A stretch of DNA of 64,000 nucleotides from Solirubrobacteraceae bacterium (lineage in GTDB: Bacteria > Actinomycetota > Thermoleophilia > Solirubrobacterales > Solirubrobacteraceae), in NCBI GenBank assembly GCA_036511695.1, contig DATCBT010000008.1:33137-97136 (forward strand), in the 5' to 3' direction. This document shows, one piece after another, positions 26,654-36,536 of the stretch (its first letter is position 1; the number at the start of each line of letters is the position of its first letter). The notes under the pieces are model-generated. The model was not told the DNA's origin. It worked only from the letters and a program-made list of their open reading frames with translations, and searched no databases. The translations under genes and the position numbers were made by a program.

Positions 26654-27174
26654 GCGACGCTCCTGAGCGCCCGCTGGACCTCCGAGAGATGTTTCGGGTG
26701 CTCGCCGAACACGGCGTGGACTATCTGGTAATCGGCGGGGTTGCCGCGCAGGTGCATGGACGTCGGCGAACAACCATGGATCTCGACGTCACGCCCGCAC
26801 CGGACCCAGAGAACTTCAAGCGACTGGCAGCCGCGCTCGTGGCTCTCGACGCCCACCCGGTCGCACTCGGGTCGAGCGCCCCGACACCCACCGCAGAGCA
26901 GCTCCGTGTCGCCCCGGTCGTGCCGCCTCTGAGCACTCGACATGGGGAGCTGCATATCTTGAACGAAGTCCCCGGTGCCACTGCGTACGCCGGGATGCGC
27001 ACACGTGCGCTGACGACCGACCTCGACGGGATCACCATGCATATCGTCGGTGTAGACGACCTCATTCGAATGAAGCAGACGCTCGGAAGACCAAGCGACA
27101 TTGAGGACATCGAGGCCCTGACGACGATCGCACGACGCGAGGCGCGCAGCGCTGATCCTTGCAATGCTCGATAA
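26650..27174 (+). CDS. Nucleotidyltransferase (MenT/AbiEii-like putative toxin)
   Basis: YLVIGGVAAQVHG.RRTT.DLD and C-terminal LIRMK..GRPSD..DI. Confidence 0.8.
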   Translation: MSDAPERPLDLREMFRVLAEHGVDYLVIGGVAAQVHGRRRTTMDLDVTPAPDPENFKRLAAALVALDAHPVALGSSAPTPTAEQLRVAPVVPPLSTRHGELHILNEVPGATAYAGMRTRALTTDLDGITMHIVGVDDLIRMKQTLGRPSDIEDIEALTTIARREARSADPCNAR

Positions 27175-27242
27175 TGTATGTTATGTAAACCTGAGCAGGG
27201 ATCAGCCCTTCTACTGCTCGATCGCTCTTGACATGAGCGAGA

Positions 27243-27809
27243 TCAACTGATCGCGTAAGTGAGCGATACCTGCGCGGTGAGCGTGCAGCCGGCGGCGCTC
27301 GCACGTTTCGCGACGGGAGCCTTACGTTTTTTCTTCTTCGCGTGTTTCCTCGCCGGCTTGTTCGTGACGGGGACTGCCGCACCGGCGACGCGCGGCACGC
27401 CGACCGCGCCCGGCGAGACCCCGACGCCCGGCGAGCCGAAATCGGGCTGTTCGCCCAGATATTCGACTTCGTTGCCCGTGCAACCGATGTAGCCGCCGTT
27501 TTCGACGATGCTCTGGACCGCCCCCAGCGTTACACCGGCCGAGCTCGCCAAGAACTGCGCCTTGGCCTGGCCGTCGGTGACCGCGGCGGCCATCCCCTGT
27601 CGGTAGACCGTGGTCGCCGTCGCGGAGCTCGCGCTCGGTTCGATCGGCTCGATCGCGACGCCCTGCACGCTGACGGTGAGTGGCGGCGAGGCCGTCGTCG
27701 GAGCTTCTGCCGAGGCGACGCCCAGCATGCCCGCCGCGATCAGCGCGACCACGGTGACTGCCGTCGCCGGAATGAGGACCCTCGTCGGACCTGCCGGGTG
27801 CCTGTGCAC
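27243..27809 (-). CDS. Secreted SIMPL (DUF541)-like protein
   Basis: Signal peptide; AAVTDGQAKAQFLA..AGVTLG.V.SI.E; C-terminal AQVSLTYAI. Confidence 0.7.
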   Translation of the reverse strand: MHRHPAGPTRVLIPATAVTVVALIAAGMLGVASAEAPTTASPPLTVSVQGVAIEPIEPSASSATATTVYRQGMAAAVTDGQAKAQFLASSAGVTLGAVQSIVENGGYIGCTGNEVEYLGEQPDFGSPGVGVSPGAVGVPRVAGAAVPVTNKPARKHAKKKKRKAPVAKRASAAGCTLTAQVSLTYAIS

Positions 27810-27819
27810 ATCTCCAAGG

Positions 27820-28539
27820 CTAGCGCTCAGACGGGTCGCCCTCGGCCAGCTCTCGTGCCCGCCCCAGCACCGCGTCGATCATCGGCTCTGTGAGCCTGCC
27901 CGTGAAGGTGTTCTGCTGGCTCGGGTGGTAGCAGCCGAGCAACGTGTACCGCTTGCCCTGAAACTCGGCGCCGTGGCCGAACCGCGGTCGCGGTCGCGGT
28001 AGTGGCGCGGGCAGATCGGCGAGCGCGCCGCTCAGGCGCAGGGCCCCATCCCAGGCGAAGGCACCCAAACAGAGGATCACCTGCACGTTCGCCAGCAGCC
28101 GCAGCTCTCGCACGCTCCACGGCAGGCATTCGTCGCGCTCGGCCGGCGTTGGACGGTTGAGCGGCGGCGCGCAGCGCACGGCCGCGGTGATCCAAGCGTC
28201 TCGCAGTCGCAGGCCATCCTCGCGCCGGGTCGAGCTGGGCTGGTTGGCAAAGCCGGTGCGCCACAGCGCCGCGAACAGGAAATCACCCGAACGGTCACCC
28301 GTGAACATGCGCCCGGTGCGATTGGCGCCGTGGGCAGCCGGGGCAAGCCCCAGGACGAGCATGCGCGCCGCCGGGTCACCGAAGCCCGGTAGCGGCCGTC
28401 CCCAGTACTCCTCCTGCGCGAACGCGGCGCGGCGCTCGTGCGCGACCTGCTCGCGCCACTGAACCAGGCGCGGGCAGCGCCGGCAGCCGCCGATCTCCTC
28501 GGCCAGTGCCTGCAATTCCCTGCCTCGACGCGAGTCCAC
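27820..28539 (-). CDS. udgB: Uracil-DNA glycosylase family 5 (UdgB)
   Basis: [38 protein letters not shown]. Confidence 0.93.
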   Translation of the reverse strand: MDSRRGRELQALAEEIGGCRRCPRLVQWREQVAHERRAAFAQEEYWGRPLPGFGDPAARMLVLGLAPAAHGANRTGRMFTGDRSGDFLFAALWRTGFANQPSSTRREDGLRLRDAWITAAVRCAPPLNRPTPAERDECLPWSVRELRLLANVQVILCLGAFAWDGALRLSGALADLPAPLPRPRPRFGHGAEFQGKRYTLLGCYHPSQQNTFTGRLTEPMIDAVLGRARELAEGDPSER

Positions 28540-28565
28540 AGGGCAGTAGTAGCATCGGTTGGGCA

Positions 28566-28865
28566 ATGTCGCTGTGGATGCTGCTCGTACTGCTGGGGCT
28601 GCTCAAGCTCCCATTCCTCGCCCTGATGTTGTGGATGCCGTTTCGCAACGACGAGGCGATGCGCGCGCCCGAGGCCACAGATGCCCCGGACTCCTCCGAA
28701 GAGGACGGAGGCAGCCGCGCGCTGCCCGCGGGACCGCGTGATCCACACCCACGCATGCCCCTTCCCCGCCTCCCGCGCCGCGACCCGCATGGCTCCCCGG
28801 CGCTCCCGGCACCAGCCCGCGTGCGTGCGCCGGTCCGCGCGAGAAGCAAGCAGACCTTCCGGTAG
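28566..28865 (+). CDS. Small membrane-anchored hypothetical protein
   Basis: N-terminal TM helix followed by a Pro/Arg-rich tail. Confidence 0.55.
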   Translation: MSLWMLLVLLGLLKLPFLALMLWMPFRNDEAMRAPEATDAPDSSEEDGGSRALPAGPRDPHPRMPLPRLPRRDPHGSPALPAPARVRAPVRARSKQTFR

Positions 28866-28871
28866 GACGCG

Positions 28872-29279
28872 CTACCTGCCGCGTTTGACGTTCTGCTTGC
28901 GCTGTCGCCGCGCGGCCTTGGCTTTTGCCCGCCGCTTGCGCATCATCGTGGCCGTGTCATGGCCTGAGCCACCCTTACCCAGCAGGCCATCGCCCGCCGG
29001 CGCCACGCTGCGCGCGTCACGGACGATCAGGAAGGCGATCCCGGCCAGCAGCAACACCGCCGCTCCGCTCGCGAGCACGATCAGGTTTCTCGAGTTGGAC
29101 GTGGTTTCCATCGAGGCGGTGGTTGCGGTCGTCTGCGTCGGGGTTGTTTCGGTCTGCCCTTCGGTCAATTCGCTGAACGCGCTCGAGCCGCCGAGGGCGG
29201 CAAACGTCGTGGCCGGCATGGCGGCCGCCAGCGCCAGGATGGCGCAGAGACACAGTGAGGCGAGACGTCGACTCGACAC
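28872..29279 (-). CDS. Hypothetical membrane protein
   Basis: Signal peptide, Thr-rich linker, TM helix, basic tail; TATGCT -10 just upstream of GTG. Confidence 0.65.
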   Translation of the reverse strand: MSSRRLASLCLCAILALAAAMPATTFAALGGSSAFSELTEGQTETTPTQTTATTASMETTSNSRNLIVLASGAAVLLLAGIAFLIVRDARSVAPAGDGLLGKGGSGHDTATMMRKRRAKAKAARRQRKQNVKRGR

Positions 29280-29333
29280 GCGGCGAGCATACCGCCTGGC
29301 ACGCGCCTGAGAAGACCGTAGAATGGGCGACCG

Positions 29334-29936
29334 ATGCCACCCAAGCAACGCCAGGTCAGGATGGAGCAGCGTGGCGCCTTCGATCAGATCCAGGCACTCG
29401 AGCAGCGCTCGGACGAGGAGCTCGAGGGCGAGACCAAATACAAGTCTGCCGCGCTGGCGATCCTCGGTGCGCGCGCTTCCGAGCGCTTTGATGCGGAGAG
29501 CGCGCGTGGTTACTTTCAGCGCGCGATCGCGGCCGCCCGCCCGCAGGAGCGGATGCAGATCCGGCGCATGGCCGACGCCTCGCTCGCGCTCGCCGAACGC
29601 CGCGCGGGAGATCTGAAGGACGCCGTCGAGCGGCTCGGCCAGACTCCACCCAGCGGCCGTCAGATGTTCGCGCTCCGCGCGATGGGCCTGCTCGTCCCCC
29701 CCGCCTCCGCGGGAATCCTCGCGCGCGTGCGCGGCATCCTGCTGATCATCGCGCTTGTCATCGTGCTGCTCGCGCTCGGCCTGGGAATCGTCGAGCTGAT
29801 CTCGCTGCCCTTCGGTGGGCTCGGGATCGCGCCGGGTGTGTTGCTCGGCCTGTTCCTCGTGATCGCCGTCCTCGCCGTGGTCGCAGCCGTCGGCAAACGC
29901 CGCCGCGACCGGGCGCAAAAGGCCGCGGCGAGCTAG
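29334..29936 (+). CDS. Hypothetical membrane protein (helical N-terminus, two C-terminal TMs)
   Basis: 200-aa ORF with a TAGAAT -10 upstream. Confidence 0.7.
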   Translation: MPPKQRQVRMEQRGAFDQIQALEQRSDEELEGETKYKSAALAILGARASERFDAESARGYFQRAIAAARPQERMQIRRMADASLALAERRAGDLKDAVERLGQTPPSGRQMFALRAMGLLVPPASAGILARVRGILLIIALVIVLLALGLGIVELISLPFGGLGIAPGVLLGLFLVIAVLAVVAAVGKRRRDRAQKAAAS

Positions 29937-30056
29937 GCACGGGCCCTGGCGCGAGCTACGCGCGGGCCGTCTCGGGCCAAGCGCGAGTTCTAACTCGAGC
30001 TGGTCACGAGCCCAACCGATCGGGGACTCGCGCGCGGGTGCGCCAAGATGTTTCCG

Positions 30057-30338
30057 ATGGGGAAACGCACGCACCACAAGCACTCCTCGCGCAAGGACTA
30101 CCGCCGCCTGCTCGACCGCCTGGCCGATCACGAGACGGTGCACAGCGTCGCCACCGGACGTGTCAAGCCGCGCATGGGCTCAGGGCGCCCAGTCGCGCCG
30201 ATCTCGAAGGTCCGTCAGGTCGACTCGGGGCTCTCGATCACGATCAACGTCGACGGCGCGATTATCGACGCCTACGTCGTCACCGACCGACCGGACGAGG
30301 TGATCGCGTTCATGCGCGAGCAGGAGTGGACGCGGTGA
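30057..30338 (+). CDS. DUF2103-like small protein
   Basis: HS...LLDRLADH..V.SV.TGRV...SGL.I...AYVVT resembles DUF2103 as recalled. Confidence 0.55.
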   Translation: MGKRTHHKHSSRKDYRRLLDRLADHETVHSVATGRVKPRMGSGRPVAPISKVRQVDSGLSITINVDGAIIDAYVVTDRPDEVIAFMREQEWTR

Positions 30339-30440
30339 GAGCCTGCACTGGCGTGCGCCGCGATCGGCCGAGCTTCGATCGGTGGGGCATCCAAGATCGA
30401 GCGATCGGTGGCAGGCCGTGAGCCTCAATACGATGACCCG

Positions 30441-31517
30441 GTGCCCGCCCCTGTCTGTTTGATCGTCAACCCCTCCGCCGGCGGCGGCAAGGCGGCACGG
30501 ATCGCGCCCGAGGTGGAGCGCAGGCTCGGTGAGCTGGGGCTACAGGTGCGCCGCGTCGACACGCGCGACCTCGACCATGCGCGCCTGCTCGCGGACGAGG
30601 GCGTGCGCGCCGGTGAGACGGTCGTGGCACTCAGCGGCGACGGCATGATCGGCGTGATCGCCGACACCCTGCGGCGATTTCCCGGCGCGGTGCTGGGCGT
30701 CCTTCCGGGCGGCCGGGGCAACGACCTTGCGCGGGTGCTCGGCATCCCCGAGGATCCCTTAGCGGCGTGCGCCGTGATCGCCGGCGGCGTTTCGCGCGCG
30801 ATGGATGTCGGCGAGGTCGCGCAGGCTGCAGCCGGCGGAGGAGCCGAGGTCGAAGGGCGCACGGGCATCGCCGGGCAGGCATTCGTCGGCATCGCCTCCG
30901 TCGGCTTCGACAGCGAAGCCAATCGCATCGCCAATCAAGCGCCCGACTGGCTCGGCGGTCTCGTGTACGCCTACGGCGCGCTGCGGGCGCTTGCGGACTG
31001 GCGTCCGGCGCGCTTTCAGATCGAGCTCGACCCTCCCGGCGAGCGCCTCAGCTTCACGGCCTACACGGTCGGGGCCGCTAACTCGAAGAGCTACGGCGGC
31101 GGGATGCGCGCGGCGCCGGACGCGATGCTCGACGATGGCCTGCTCGAGGTGGTCGTGCTCGAGCGCATCGGCAAGCTCAGGTTTCTGACGACGATCCTGC
31201 CGCGAGTATTCAAGGGCACCCACGTGCAGCTGCCCTCCGTGCACGTGTTCCGCGCCGCCGAGGTCGAGATCTCCGCTGACCGCCCCTTCGCGATGTACGC
31301 CGACGGCGACCCGATCGGCGATCTGCCCGTGCGGGTGCGCGCCGTGCACGGCGCGGTATCGGTGCTCGTCCCCGCCGACACCACCGGGATCGACTCCGCG
31401 TTCTCATCTACCCCCTTCCTCTCCTCTGCGCCAGTCGCAGCCGCCGCCACCCAGCCCCCGGCCGCGGATGGTGCCGCTCCGGCCACCGGGTCCACCGAGC
31501 GCCCGACACCCCGCTGA
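30441..31517 (+). CDS. Diacylglycerol kinase family lipid kinase
   Basis: IVNPSAGGG, SGDG, LPGGRGNDLAR, YGGGM..AP.A..DDGLL, YADGD. Confidence 0.93.
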   Translation: MPAPVCLIVNPSAGGGKAARIAPEVERRLGELGLQVRRVDTRDLDHARLLADEGVRAGETVVALSGDGMIGVIADTLRRFPGAVLGVLPGGRGNDLARVLGIPEDPLAACAVIAGGVSRAMDVGEVAQAAAGGGAEVEGRTGIAGQAFVGIASVGFDSEANRIANQAPDWLGGLVYAYGALRALADWRPARFQIELDPPGERLSFTAYTVGAANSKSYGGGMRAAPDAMLDDGLLEVVVLERIGKLRFLTTILPRVFKGTHVQLPSVHVFRAAEVEISADRPFAMYADGDPIGDLPVRVRAVHGAVSVLVPADTTGIDSAFSSTPFLSSAPVAAAATQPPAADGAAPATGSTERPTPR

Positions 31518-32989
31518 TGGTGGGGCCGCTCGCACCCAAGCTCGCCCTCGCGCGAGCCGTTGGCGCGGTTTCGCGCCTGCGCGGCGGCGGCGGCTCGAGC
31601 GCGCCGGGCAAGGTCCTCATGCGCCTCGACCCCCGGGCGATCGAGGCGCTCGGCGCGCGCCTGCCGCGCGGCAGCGCGCTCGTCTCGGCGACGAACGGCA
31701 AGACCACGACGACCGCAATCCTCACCGAGATCTTCGAACGCGCTGGCGTGGCGCTCGTGCACAACCGGACGGGGGCGAACATGGCCGGCGGGATCGCATC
31801 GACGCTGCTCGCGGCGGCGCGCCCCGGCGGGCGCATCGCGGGCGAGCTGGGCCTGTTCGAGGTGGACGAGCTGTGGCTCGACGCGCTTGCCGCCCAGCTG
31901 CATCCTCGCACTGTCCTCCTGAGCAACCTCTTCCGCGACCAGCTCGACCGCTACGGCGAGCTCGAGACGATCGCCGCTCGCTGGGATGCCGCCGTCCACA
32001 CCGGACCGGCGCGCGAGTCGCTCCTGGTGCTCAACGCCGACGACCCCGCAATCGCCGACCTCGGTCGTGGACGCGACGCGCCGGTCCTCTATTTCGGCGT
32101 CGAGGACGACACGCTCGCCCTACCCGGGATGGCCCATGCCGCCGACGCGAAGCACTGCCGCCGCTGCGGCGCGCCGTACGTGTTCGAGGCCGTCTACCTC
32201 GGCCACCTCGGCCACTACCACTGCCCGAGCTGTGGCCAGACCCGCCCCCTGCCCAGCGTGATCGCCACGCGCGTCACCCTCCAGGGCGTCCACGCGGCCC
32301 GCTTCACCCTCCAGACTCCGGCCGGCGAAGCGGAGGTCGAGCTGTCACTGCCAGGTCTCTACAACGTCTACAACGCCCTCGCCGCCGCGGCGCTGGCGAC
32401 GGCGCTGGAGGTCGGCCTGCCCGAGATCGTCGCCGGCCTCAAGGGCACGAAGGCCGCGTTCGGGCGAGCCGAGACGGTCACGCTTGACCTGGAGCCAGAG
32501 CCCGCGCGGGACGCCGCCGGCACGGCTGCGCAACCGCCCGCCAAACAGCCGCCCGCCAAATCACAACGCGAGCTCCAAATCCTGCTCGTCAAGAACCCCG
32601 CCGGCGCGAACGAGGTGCTGCGCACGCTCGCGCTCGAGCCGGGCGAGCACGACCTGCTCGGGATCCTCAACGACAAGATCGCCGACGGGCGCGACGTCTC
32701 CTGGATCTGGGACGCTGACTTCGAGCTGCTCGCCGGGCGCATACGGCTGGCCACCTGCAGCGGCACCCGTGCGCCCGAGCTCGCCCTGCGCCTGAAGTAC
32801 GCGGGCATCGATCCCGCGCGCATCCGCGTCCAGGCCGACCTCGCGCGCGCCCTGCGCGAAGCCGCCGCCGATGGGCCGGTGGGGTCTGGATCTCCTGCGC
32901 CGCTCTACGCGCTGCCCACCTACACCGCGATGCTCGCGCTGCGCGAGCTGCTCGTCGCGCGCGGCGAGGCCCAAAGCGCATGGTCATGA
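31517..32989 (+). CDS. murT: Lipid II isoglutaminyl synthase subunit MurT
   Basis: ATNGKTTT, NLFRDQLDRYGE, CxxC...CxxC, LVKNPAG, DGRDVSWIWD.DFE (DUF1727). Confidence 0.92.
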   Translation: MVGPLAPKLALARAVGAVSRLRGGGGSSAPGKVLMRLDPRAIEALGARLPRGSALVSATNGKTTTTAILTEIFERAGVALVHNRTGANMAGGIASTLLAAARPGGRIAGELGLFEVDELWLDALAAQLHPRTVLLSNLFRDQLDRYGELETIAARWDAAVHTGPARESLLVLNADDPAIADLGRGRDAPVLYFGVEDDTLALPGMAHAADAKHCRRCGAPYVFEAVYLGHLGHYHCPSCGQTRPLPSVIATRVTLQGVHAARFTLQTPAGEAEVELSLPGLYNVYNALAAAALATALEVGLPEIVAGLKGTKAAFGRAETVTLDLEPEPARDAAGTAAQPPAKQPPAKSQRELQILLVKNPAGANEVLRTLALEPGEHDLLGILNDKIADGRDVSWIWDADFELLAGRIRLATCSGTRAPELALRLKYAGIDPARIRVQADLARALREAAADGPVGSGSPAPLYALPTYTAMLALRELLVARGEAQSAWS

Positions 32990-33816
32990 GCGCCGCCCGT
33001 GACTCTCGCTCGCCCGGGACGCCGCTTCGCGGCGGTGAGACAATGGGTCAATCGGCGCACGTTCTTCCCACGGAGGTCGTCTGGCACGACCTCGAGTGCG
33101 GCTCCTACCGCGCCGACCTTCCGCTCTGGCGAGAGCTCGCGCGAGCACAGGACGGCTCGGTTCTCGATGTTGGCGCCGGAACCGGCCGGGTGACGCTCGA
33201 TCTCGCCCATGCAGGGGAGCGCGTGACCGCGCTCGATCTCGATCCTGACCTGCTCGGCGCGCTGAATGACCGGACCGGCGGCCTGCCGGTGGAGACGGTA
33301 TGCGCCGACGCGTGCTCGTTTGACTTGGACCAGCGCGACTTTGCCCTGTGTCTCGTGCCGATGCAGACCATCCAGCTGCTCGGCGATGCCGCCAAACGAG
33401 CCGCGTTCCTGCGCTGTGCGCGCGCCCACCTGCGACCCGGTGGGCTGCTCGCATGCGCGATCGTCACCGAGCTCGAGCCGTTCGACGTCGCCGACGGCTC
33501 ACCCGGCCCATCGCCCGAGACCGCGTATGTCGGCGAGACCCTCTACGTCAGTCAGGCCACATGTGTGCGCGTGCTCCCAGCGCGCGTCGTGATCGAACGC
33601 GAGCGGCGGATCGTCCCGTCTGGCGTCGGCGAGTCAAGCGAGAGATGCCCTGCCGGTGAGCCGGGGAGCGAGCGCAATCTGATCGAGCTGGCTCTCCTCA
33701 GCGCTGCCGAACTGGAACACGAGGGCTCCCAAGCGGGGTTGCACCCCGAGCCCGTTCGCGAGATCGCACCCACCGACGAGCACGTCGCCAGCACCGTGGT
33801 GATGCTCCGTGCCTGA
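32986..33816 (+). CDS. Class I SAM-dependent methyltransferase
   Basis: ADLPLWRELA...VLDVGAGTGRV, HLRPGG; overlaps both murT and gatD. Confidence 0.85.
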   Translation: MSAARDSRSPGTPLRGGETMGQSAHVLPTEVVWHDLECGSYRADLPLWRELARAQDGSVLDVGAGTGRVTLDLAHAGERVTALDLDPDLLGALNDRTGGLPVETVCADACSFDLDQRDFALCLVPMQTIQLLGDAAKRAAFLRCARAHLRPGGLLACAIVTELEPFDVADGSPGPSPETAYVGETLYVSQATCVRVLPARVVIERERRIVPSGVGESSERCPAGEPGSERNLIELALLSAAELEHEGSQAGLHPEPVREIAPTDEHVASTVVMLRA

Positions 33817-34627
33817 GCCCACCGGCGCTGCCCTGTCGTCCCCTCTCTCATCTGCGCGTCGTGTCCTGCGCGTCTGCGCGCTCTACCCGGACCTGATGAA
33901 CATCTACGCCGACCGCGGCAACCTGCTCGTGCTCGAACACCGCTCTGCGTGGCGCGGGATCGACTTCGAGCTGATATCCAGCGGGCTCGGCGAGGGGCTT
34001 GACCCGGATGCCCATGATCTCTTCTACCTCGGCGGCGGCCAGGATCGCGACCAGCGCCTCTGCGCCGAGGATCTGATCGAGACCAAGCGCGAGGCGCTCC
34101 ACGCCGCCGCCGCACGCGACGCCGTCATTCTCGGTGTCTGTGGCGGCTATCAGCTGCTCGGGCACTCCTATGCGCTCGACGAGGAGGAGATCACCGGCGT
34201 CGGACTGCTCGACGTGAGCACCGTCCGCGATCCCGGCCCGCGCCTGATCGGCAATGTCGCGATTGAGGTCTCGCTAGGTGACGCGAGTACCGCCGCCGAC
34301 CCAGCCACCCGCGCGGCGCGTCCCGACGATCGAATCCTCGCCGGGTTCGAGAACCACGGCGGGCGGACATACCTCGGCCCGAGCGCGCACGCCCTCGGTC
34401 GTGTCCTCAAGGGCCACGGCAACGACGGACGCAGTGGGCTCGAGGGTGCCCGCAACGGCAACACGATCGGCACCTACCTCCACGGTCCTCTCCTACCCAA
34501 GAACACATGGTTCGCCGACTGGCTGATCGCCACCGCGCTGCGCCTCGACCCGTCGGAGCTGACGCCGCTCGATGACGCCTTCGAGCGCGAGGCGCACCTC
34601 AGTGCTCGTCGTGCCGCGGGCGTGTGA
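33809..34627 (+). CDS. gatD: Glutamine amidotransferase GatD (CobQ-like)
   Basis: LYPDLMNIYADRGN, GGGQD, VCGGYQLLG, GFENHGGRT, GTYLHGPLLPKN. Confidence 0.92.
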   Translation: MPEPTGAALSSPLSSARRVLRVCALYPDLMNIYADRGNLLVLEHRSAWRGIDFELISSGLGEGLDPDAHDLFYLGGGQDRDQRLCAEDLIETKREALHAAAARDAVILGVCGGYQLLGHSYALDEEEITGVGLLDVSTVRDPGPRLIGNVAIEVSLGDASTAADPATRAARPDDRILAGFENHGGRTYLGPSAHALGRVLKGHGNDGRSGLEGARNGNTIGTYLHGPLLPKNTWFADWLIATALRLDPSELTPLDDAFEREAHLSARRAAGV

Positions 34628-34765
34628 TCGAGCGAACCGTTCGCGGGTCGCCCCCGCCTTGGTCGTCCGGTCGGGCTTGCTACTCTTTTGCAACGGTTGA
34701 CAGTCGTTTGGAGGTAGCTCCTCCTTTACCCGTACCCGACCCGCTCCGGCGGGTCGAGTCGTTTT

Positions 34766-35098
34766 ATGACCATGGATCTCGCCGAGTATCAAAAGCTCTC
34801 TCGCCGCACCGCCGAGTATCCGCGCGAGGCTTGGCTTGCCTACCCGGCGCTCGGGCTTGCGGGCGAGGCCGGTGAGGTCGCCGAGCACGCCAAGAAGGCG
34901 ATCCGCGACGACGGTGGCCAGGTCACCGAGGAGCGTCGCGCCGCGATGGCCAAGGAGCTCGGGGATGTGCTCTGGTATGTCGCCCAGCTCGCCAGCGAGC
35001 TGGAGCTCGACCTCGACCAGATCGCCCAGACGAACCTCGAGAAGCTGCTCTCCCGCCAGCAGCGCGGTGTGCTCTCGGGCGACGGCGACGAGCGCTAA
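34766..35098 (+). CDS. MazG-like nucleoside triphosphate pyrophosphohydrolase
   Basis: LGLAGEAGEVAE..KK, KELGDVLWY, NLEKL.SR..RG.L.GDGD.R. Confidence 0.9.
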   Translation: MTMDLAEYQKLSRRTAEYPREAWLAYPALGLAGEAGEVAEHAKKAIRDDGGQVTEERRAAMAKELGDVLWYVAQLASELELDLDQIAQTNLEKLLSRQQRGVLSGDGDER

Positions 35099-36408
35099 GA
35101 AGCCACCGCGAAACGCGCGAAACGCTCGGCCAACCTCGCGGGCAGCATCACGTGTACGCGCACGCCCTCCGGGGTGTCCTGCCGCGTGACGTCTCCGGCC
35201 AGCTCGTGCAGCTCGGCCAGGCTGCCACCGTTTGCATAGGGCACGAGCAGCTCGACCGGGCGCAGCGTGTGTGACAGCTCGCGCTCGACCTTCTCACCCA
35301 GCTCCTGTAAGCCCTCGCCCGTGACGCCGCTCACGAGCACCGCGTCGGGATGGCGCAGGCGCAGCTCCTCGCGCGCGTCCAGGTCGAGCAGATCGACCTT
35401 GTTCAGCACCAGCAGCCGCGGGCGCTCGCCGGCGCCGATCTCCTCCAGCGTCTGCTCGACCGCGCGCTTCATCGTCTCCTCCTGGGCCGCGGGCGCGGAG
35501 GCGTCGAGCACGTGCACCAGCAGCTCGGCCCGGCGGGTCTCCTCCAGCGTGGCGCCGAAGGCGTCGACCAACTGGTGGGGCAGCTTGCTGATGAAGCCGA
35601 CCGTGTCGGTCAGCAGATACGGCCGGCCCGAGAGGCGCAGCGTGCGGGTCGTCGGGTCGAGCGTATGAAACAGCCGGTCGCGCACCCCCACCTCGGCGCC
35701 GGTGAGCGCGTTGAGCAGCGTCGACTTACCGGCGTTCGTGTAGCCGACGAGCGCGATCGTCGGCAGGGCGGCGCGCTCGCGCTCGGCGCGCATCACCGCG
35801 CGCGTGCCCTTCACGTGCTCCAGCCGGCGGCGCAAGGCCGAGATCCGGTCGCGTGCCAGGCGGCGATCGGTCTCGATCTGGCTCTCCCCCGGTCCCCGCG
35901 TGCCGATCCCGCCGCCGAGTCGCTCGAGGTGGGTCCACAATCCGCGCATGCGCGCGAGGTTGTATTCCAGCTGGGCCAGCTCGACCTGGAGCTTGCCCTC
36001 CGCGCTGCCCGCGTGCGCGGCGAAGATGTCGAGGATCACCGTCGTGCGGTCGACCACCGGCAGGCCCACCGCCTCCTCCAAATTGCGCTCCTGGCGTGGG
36101 GTCAGCTCGTCGTCGCAGGCGATCAGGTTCGCGTCGCATGCCCCCGCGGCCGCCTTCGCTTCCGCGACCTTGCCCGGGCCCAGATAGGTGTTCGGGTGCG
36201 GCTGCTCGCGCCGCTGGACCATCTCCCCCACCACCGCGACCCCCGCCGTCCTCAGCAGCTCGCCCAGCTCACCCAGGTCATCGCCCTCCGCCAGCGCCGC
36301 GATACAGAACGCGCGCTGGCGCGCGCGCTGCGCGGGCTCAGAGCCGTTCGTCGCGGCCAGCGACGGTTTCGGGGTGGCTCCTGTGCGGCCGTTTCGGCTT
36401 CGATGCAT
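35095..36408 (-). CDS. hflX: GTPase HflX
   Basis: GKLQVELAQL, RGPGESQIETDRR, GYTNAGKS, DTVGF, NKVD. Confidence 0.96.
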   Translation of the reverse strand: MHRSRNGRTGATPKPSLAATNGSEPAQRARQRAFCIAALAEGDDLGELGELLRTAGVAVVGEMVQRREQPHPNTYLGPGKVAEAKAAAGACDANLIACDDELTPRQERNLEEAVGLPVVDRTTVILDIFAAHAGSAEGKLQVELAQLEYNLARMRGLWTHLERLGGGIGTRGPGESQIETDRRLARDRISALRRRLEHVKGTRAVMRAERERAALPTIALVGYTNAGKSTLLNALTGAEVGVRDRLFHTLDPTTRTLRLSGRPYLLTDTVGFISKLPHQLVDAFGATLEETRRAELLVHVLDASAPAAQEETMKRAVEQTLEEIGAGERPRLLVLNKVDLLDLDAREELRLRHPDAVLVSGVTGEGLQELGEKVERELSHTLRPVELLVPYANGGSLAELHELAGDVTRQDTPEGVRVHVMLPARLAERFARFAVAS

Positions 36409-36536
36409 TCACCTCACAGTCTAGGACCACTCCGGAGTCGCTGTTAAGGCTTCTGGCGGCGCACCGCGAGGGGGCCGGTCGCAGCGGCCGTCCTGCGGAT
36501 CCTCGCGCGTCCTGGCCTCCCAAAAATCTTTTCCGC

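Noticed and set aside
36421..36536. Possible repeat family shared with 40752-40810
   Set aside because: Both form GC-rich hairpins but sequence similarity is too weak; more likely independent terminator-like structures.
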